Origin: Candidatus Limnocylindrales bacterium
Lineage (GTDB): Bacteria; Chloroflexota; Limnocylindria; Limnocylindrales; CSP1-4
Direction: 5' to 3'
Assembly: GCA_035540555.1 (NCBI GenBank)
Contig: DATLGJ010000020.1
Span: forward strand, 58,759 to 122,758
DNA length: 64,000 nucleotides
In this document: positions 60,230 to 64,000 of the stretch, piece by piece
Layout: every line of letters begins with the position of its first letter
How positions within the stretch are numbered: position 1 is the stretch's first letter
Notes under the pieces: generated by a model
What the model was told of the DNA's origin: nothing
Databases searched by the model: none
What the model saw: the letters and a program-made list of their open reading frames with translations, nothing else
Translations under genes and position numbers: made by a program

Positions 60230-61477
60230 TCAACGCCATGCGAGTAGCGACCTCCGCGCGGCCGGCGCCTTTTCGGTGGCCGTCGGAGCGACCTTGGCGG
60301 ACGGCGCGACGAGGGCTCTGGCCATGCGCATGACGTCCTGGCTGACCTTCGCCTGGGGGGTGGCCAGGACGAACGGGGTGCCTCGATTGAGGGCCGTCAC
60401 CACCGTGCGCCCGTCTGAGACGACCGTGTGCTCGATCCGCCTCCCAATCGAGCGCTCGACGTCCTGCTGGCGGATGCCGTAGGAGGCATCCGCGCGGTTG
60501 AGCAGCAGCTGCACCTTGTCGCCCGAGTAGCCCAGCTGCTCGACGACAGCCAGGAACTGACGGCAGTTCTTGATGCTCGTGATCTCGAGCGTGAGCATGG
60601 CCAGGACCACGTCGGCCTGATCGAGGAATGCCAGCGTGGTGTCGTGCAGCCAGGGCCACGCATCAATGACCACCAGGTCATGGGTGCGGCGCAGCGCTGC
60701 GGCGATCTTCTCGACCTGGTCCGCTGTCACGAGCTCTGCCATCTCGGGGCTCGGCGGGGCCATGAGGATGTCGAAGCCGGCGACGTGGCTGACCAGGCTG
60801 CCTTCCAGGGGGTCGCTCTCGCCGTTGCCCACCGCCCGCGCCACATCGGCAATCGACTTGTTCTTGGGATCGAGATTGAGCATCATCGCGACGTCGCCGA
60901 ACTGCAGGCTGCCGTCGACCAGCACCACCTTCTGCTCGAGGGCCGCCGCAGCCGCCGCCAGGTTCACTGCCACGGTGGTCCTGCCCACCCCGCCCTTGGC
61001 CGCAAACACGGTGATGATCCGCCCGGCCCGGTTCTCCTCGGCGCCGTCAGACTGACTCGGCGGTGCCTCGCTGCTGACGGCAAAGCGGCTGAGCTTATCG
61101 CGCTCACGCGCGACCACCTGGCGGATGGAGGCCACCAGCTCATCGGAGCTGAAGGGCTTGACGAGGAACTCGCGCGCGCCTGCCAGCATGGATCGGCGCA
61201 GATAGTCTGCCTCGCCCTGAACGCTCATCATGATGACCGCGGTGGTCGGCGCGCGTGCAGTGAGCTGCTCGGCGGTGACGATGCCGTCCATCTCGGGCAT
61301 GTTGATGTCCAGCAGGAGCGCGTCTGGCCGCAGCTCCTCGGCCATGTCCAGCGCCTCTGGTCCCGATCCAGCCGCGCCCACAACCCGTATGTCTGGCTCG
61401 AAGCTGAGTAGCTTGGCCAGGTGCTCGCGGGTCTCTGGGATGTCGTCGACGATCAGGACGCCGATCGGCTCAGCCAT
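60230..61477 (-). CDS. cpaE: CpaE/TadZ-like protein, an N-terminal response-regulator receiver domain fused to a ParA/MinD-type ATPase
   Basis: IGVLIVDDIPETRE...LLLDINMPEMDG (REC), then AAKGGVGRTTVAVNLAAA deviant Walker A. GGAG RBS. Confidence 0.8.
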   Translation of the reverse strand: MAEPIGVLIVDDIPETREHLAKLLSFEPDIRVVGAAGSGPEALDMAEELRPDALLLDINMPEMDGIVTAEQLTARAPTTAVIMMSVQGEADYLRRSMLAGAREFLVKPFSSDELVASIRQVVARERDKLSRFAVSSEAPPSQSDGAEENRAGRIITVFAAKGGVGRTTVAVNLAAAAAALEQKVVLVDGSLQFGDVAMMLNLDPKNKSIADVARAVGNGESDPLEGSLVSHVAGFDILMAPPSPEMAELVTADQVEKIAAALRRTHDLVVIDAWPWLHDTTLAFLDQADVVLAMLTLEITSIKNCRQFLAVVEQLGYSGDKVQLLLNRADASYGIRQQDVERSIGRRIEHTVVSDGRTVVTALNRGTPFVLATPQAKVSQDVMRMARALVAPSAKVAPTATEKAPAARRSLLAWR

Positions 61478-61527
61478 GGTTGGTTGCTCCTCGGCGGTGA
61501 AGGCGCTTCAAGGCGGGCTCCGGACTG

Positions 61528-61539
61528 TGACAGCTGTCA
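61528..61539. promoter_or_regulatory. 12-bp perfect palindrome TGACAGCTGTCA about 50 bp upstream of the cpaE start, candidate operator
   Basis: Read directly in the cpaE 5' region. Confidence 0.3.
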
Positions 61540-61630
61540 GCGAACTGGGGCCCGGGCAGGCGCCCGGACCGACTGTTCGAATTCGACCAGGACCGGCACG
61601 GCGCTGGTCGCCACTCCGCAAATGAGTGAA

Positions 61631-61665
61631 GCGGTACCGATCCGAGGAGGATGGATCGGTACCGC
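61631..61665. other. 13-bp-stem perfect hairpin GCGGTACCGATCC-n9-GGATCGGTACCGC between the flp pilin gene and cpaE, a terminator- or attenuator-like element
   Basis: Read directly. About 115 nt downstream of the flp stop on the minus strand. Confidence 0.4.
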
Positions 61666-61778
61666 TCCGCTGCCAGAGGAGTGGGCCCCTCTCACCACGC
61701 CGGCGAACCGGTCTGTTGCTAGGCTGCACCGGCGGCGCGGAGCTGGGTATGACCCACTCGTACCAGCGGGTCCGGCGA

Positions 61779-61955
61779 TCAGTTGATGGTGTCGGCGATG
61801 GTGGAGAGGATGTCGCTCAGCTGGGTACCGAAGAAGCTCAGTGCGACGAGTGCCACGACGACGATCAGCCCGACGATCAGGACGTACTCCGCCAACGCCT
61901 GGCCGCGAGTCAGCTCGGACTCGGGGGTACCACTGTGCGGCTCGGCTGCGGGCAT
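61779..61955 (-). CDS. flp: Flp-family type IVb pilin (prepilin); alternative GTG start at 61982
   Basis: Leader ...ELTRG then QALAEYVLIVGLIVVVALVALSF, the G/xxxxEY Flp motif plus a hydrophobic helix. Confidence 0.7.
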   Translation of the reverse strand: MPAAEPHSGTPESELTRGQALAEYVLIVGLIVVVALVALSFFGTQLSDILSTIADTIN

Positions 61956-62039
61956 GGCCCCGATGCTAGCAGCGAGCGTCACCTGCTGCGGAAAGAGAAA
62001 CGCCGGCCCGCGGGCCGGCGTTTCGTACTTGCGCCGCGA

Positions 62040-62201
62040 CTAGATCGCCTCGGCGACCTCCGACATGATCGAGTCGATCTGTTCGCCAAGGAACGTCACC
62101 GCGAGGATGACGGCCACTGCGATGAGCGCCAGAATCAGCGCGTATTCGGCCAGACCCTGGCCTCGTTCGTCGCGCGCCAGCAGGCGCTGGAAGCTGATCA
62201 T
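62040..62201 (-). CDS. flp: Second Flp-family pilin (53 aa), not in the ORF track
   Basis: Hand translation: MISFQRLLARDERGQGLAEYALILALIAVAVILAVTFLGEQIDSIMSEVAEAI. Strong RBS GGAGGATAAGAGGGA before the ATG. Confidence 0.65.
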   Translation of the reverse strand: MISFQRLLARDERGQGLAEYALILALIAVAVILAVTFLGEQIDSIMSEVAEAI

Positions 62202-62289
62202 TCCCTCTTATCCTCCGACTGCGTTTCGCCCCGGCGTGACGGGATCCGATGCAACGCTACGGTGCCCCCGGGTGCCGTGAAATGGGAAA

Positions 62290-63492
62290 TTAGTCCTCAT
62301 GTACGCTGGTGTCAATGGCTAAGTTGACTTCGAGCGACAGCTCCAGGCTGAGCCTGTTGTCCTTGTCGCGGAGCGTCACGCCTGCCGCTGAGGCACGCTC
62401 GTGCAGTGCGTCCACGGCCTGCCGTCCGAGCGCATAGCGAGCGGTCCAAGCCTCCCCGGACGCCGCGCGCGCCGCGTCCTGCTCGGTGATCATTGACTGA
62501 AGTGCCTCTGGTAGTCCGGAAGATGTCTTTTCCGGGGGGGCCGGAGAGGCGTCAAACGGCACAGGAAGGGACCGAACCGTTGCCTCCATGCGAGCGTCAG
62601 TCCAGTTGAGACGAAGCGCGACTTCCGCGGGCACTTTCGCGAGGTAGGCTTCGAGGGCGTCGTCGATCAACCTGAAAAGTTGTGTTTCCACCTCGCGGTT
62701 CAGCCTGCGGTCAGGACCCACTGACTCGAATCGAACCGGCACACCCGATCTGCGCTGGCGCTCGGCAGCGGCCCGACGCAGGGTGGGAACAAGACCGAGG
62801 TCGTCGAGGACCATCGGACGTACTTCGAAAATGAAGCTCTTGGTTGCCTCGAGGGCGTGCTGAACCATGCCGCGCAGAGCGGCCAGCTCGCGCTGAGCTG
62901 CGACCGGATCGCCCGCCAGCAGGCGTTGCACAACCTCTGCCTGGAGCGCGATGTTGGCGATGCTCTGAGCAGGGCCGTCGTGCATCTGCCGGGCAATCGC
63001 CCGACGCATCTCCTCCTGGGCGTTGAGGACCGCGTTCGATTGGGAGCGGCCAGGGAGCGCGCCGCCATCGGAAGTCAGCGGCGGGCTCGCTTCGCGTGTG
63101 GCAGGGCTTGCGAGGTCCGCCACGCCCGCCGACTCGAGCGCGTGCAGCACCTCGGACAGGCTGGACTCGAGCCGCTGGAGCACCTTTTGCTTTCCCTCGA
63201 GGACCTCCATCTGCGAGCTCATGAGCGCGCTGCGCTGGTACTGGAGGATGAGCGCCGCGTGTGCCTCGCGGAGTTCCGCCGGCACCGAGTGCTGGTCCAT
63301 GAGCGCCTTGAACCGCTCGTCCGCCGCTTCGCGCCTTGCCGCGTGCCGATCGGCTTCGATGCGGGCCTGGCGCATCAGCAGGTCGATCTCCTCGAGCTCC
63401 CGGCGCGACGCCGCCTCCCTCGCCGCAAGCACCTCGGCCAGCCTGCCCCCGTCACTGGCCACGCCGATCAGTCCTCTGGGATCCGGATCCAA
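62290..63492 (-). CDS. Cytoplasmic sensor histidine kinase (HisKA_3 / NarX-type)
   Basis: H-box ARQMHDGPAQ, HATPase region, N-terminal coiled coil, no TM segments. Confidence 0.8.
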   Translation of the reverse strand: MDPDPRGLIGVASDGGRLAEVLAAREAASRRELEEIDLLMRQARIEADRHAARREAADERFKALMDQHSVPAELREAHAALILQYQRSALMSSQMEVLEGKQKVLQRLESSLSEVLHALESAGVADLASPATREASPPLTSDGGALPGRSQSNAVLNAQEEMRRAIARQMHDGPAQSIANIALQAEVVQRLLAGDPVAAQRELAALRGMVQHALEATKSFIFEVRPMVLDDLGLVPTLRRAAAERQRRSGVPVRFESVGPDRRLNREVETQLFRLIDDALEAYLAKVPAEVALRLNWTDARMEATVRSLPVPFDASPAPPEKTSSGLPEALQSMITEQDAARAASGEAWTARYALGRQAVDALHERASAAGVTLRDKDNRLSLELSLEVNLAIDTSVHED

Positions 63493-64000
63493 CCCTGCTT
63501 CATGGCGTAGACGACCGCCTGAGTGCGGTCGTTCACGGACAGCTTGCGCAGGATGGAGCTCATGTGGTTCTTGACTGTCTGCTCGCTGATGGAAAGGGCG
63601 TAGGCGACCTGCTTGTTGGTCATGCCCTTGGCGATGTTGTCCAGGATCTCGACTTCGCGGGGCGACAACGGGGCGAAGATCGGCGCCGCCTCCTGGCCGT
63701 AGACGGCAAGCTCGCGAAATTCCTTCAGCACGCGGCTCGCGACGGCTGGCCGCGAGAAGACCTTGTCGTTGATCAGGTACTCGCCGGCCCGGACTCGACG
63801 GATGATCGTGACCAGGTCGTCGGGGTTGATGTCCTTGAGGATGAACGCAGCGGCCCCTGCCTTGATGGCTTCGAACAGCTGGTCCTCGTCCTCGGCGACG
63901 GCCAGCGCGATGATGCCCACGCTCGGGATCTCGCGCTTGACGCGCTGCGTGGTCTCGATGCCACCCGGTGCCGGTAGCGACAGGTCGAGGAGGACAATGT
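63468..64000 (-). CDS. NarL/LuxR-family response regulator, 5'-truncated by the window end
   Basis: Receiver-domain sequence continues to position 64000. C-terminal LuxR HTH LSPREVEILDNIAKGMTNKQVAYALSISEQTVKNHMSSILRKL. Confidence 0.8.
   Translation of the reverse strand, partial: IVLLDLSLPAPGGIETTQRVKREIPSVGIIALAVAEDEDQLFEAIKAGAAAFILKDINPDDLVTIIRRVRAGEYLINDKVFSRPAVASRVLKEFRELAVYGQEAAPIFAPLSPREVEILDNIAKGMTNKQVAYALSISEQTVKNHMSSILRKLSVNDRTQAVVYAMKQGWIRIPED

Overview
High-GC (~68%) bacterial chromosomal window with two distinct parts. (A) Positions 1-12638 are a Tn7-like transposon, or at least its right-hand ~12.6 kb. It carries a TnsA-TnsB fusion transposase, TnsC and a TniQ/TnsD target selector. 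The end nearest ssrA has four direct repeats of a roughly 18-bp putative TnsB-binding core. That end sits about 27 bp past the 3' CCA of a tmRNA (ssrA) gene that the ORF track does not show; smpB lies immediately upstream of ssrA. Inferred cargo is a very large secreted RHS/YD-repeat (WapA-like) protein that runs off the window start, a divergent XRE regulator paired with a transmembrane-less FtsH-like AAA+/M41 protease directly upstream of tnsAB, and a small 5 x ~20-aa tandem-repeat protein between tniQ and the end. The other transposon end was not found in the window. (B) Positions 13.1-64 kb are dense housekeeping DNA, mostly without annotation problems. Genes are smpB, ctpA, prfB (classic +1 programmed frameshift), secA, prs, gyrA, an AlkD-like gene wedged between gyrB and gyrA, and parA-parB-gyrB. 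There is a perfect parS site, then mreD-mrdA-rodA, a GntR regulator, a J-domain protein, rplU-rpmA-rpmE, a DUF1385 protein, prfA-prmC, glyA, a WecA/MraY-like transferase, the full atpZ-BEFHAGDC operon, murA, mreB, a PHP phosphoesterase, nfo and an ArsR regulator. A Tad/Flp pilus locus follows: comF, a DUF192 gene, tadC, tadB, cpaF, a receiver-domain-fused cpaE and two flp pilins, with a HisKA_3 histidine kinase / LuxR response regulator pair upstream (the response regulator is truncated by the window end). Gene order in part B resembles the Bacillus prfA...glyA-atp-murA-mbl region, suggesting a monoderm Terrabacteria-type organism; lineage cannot be assigned from sequence alone. No CRISPR array or rRNA is present. 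Many long GC-driven antisense ORFs in the track were rejected.
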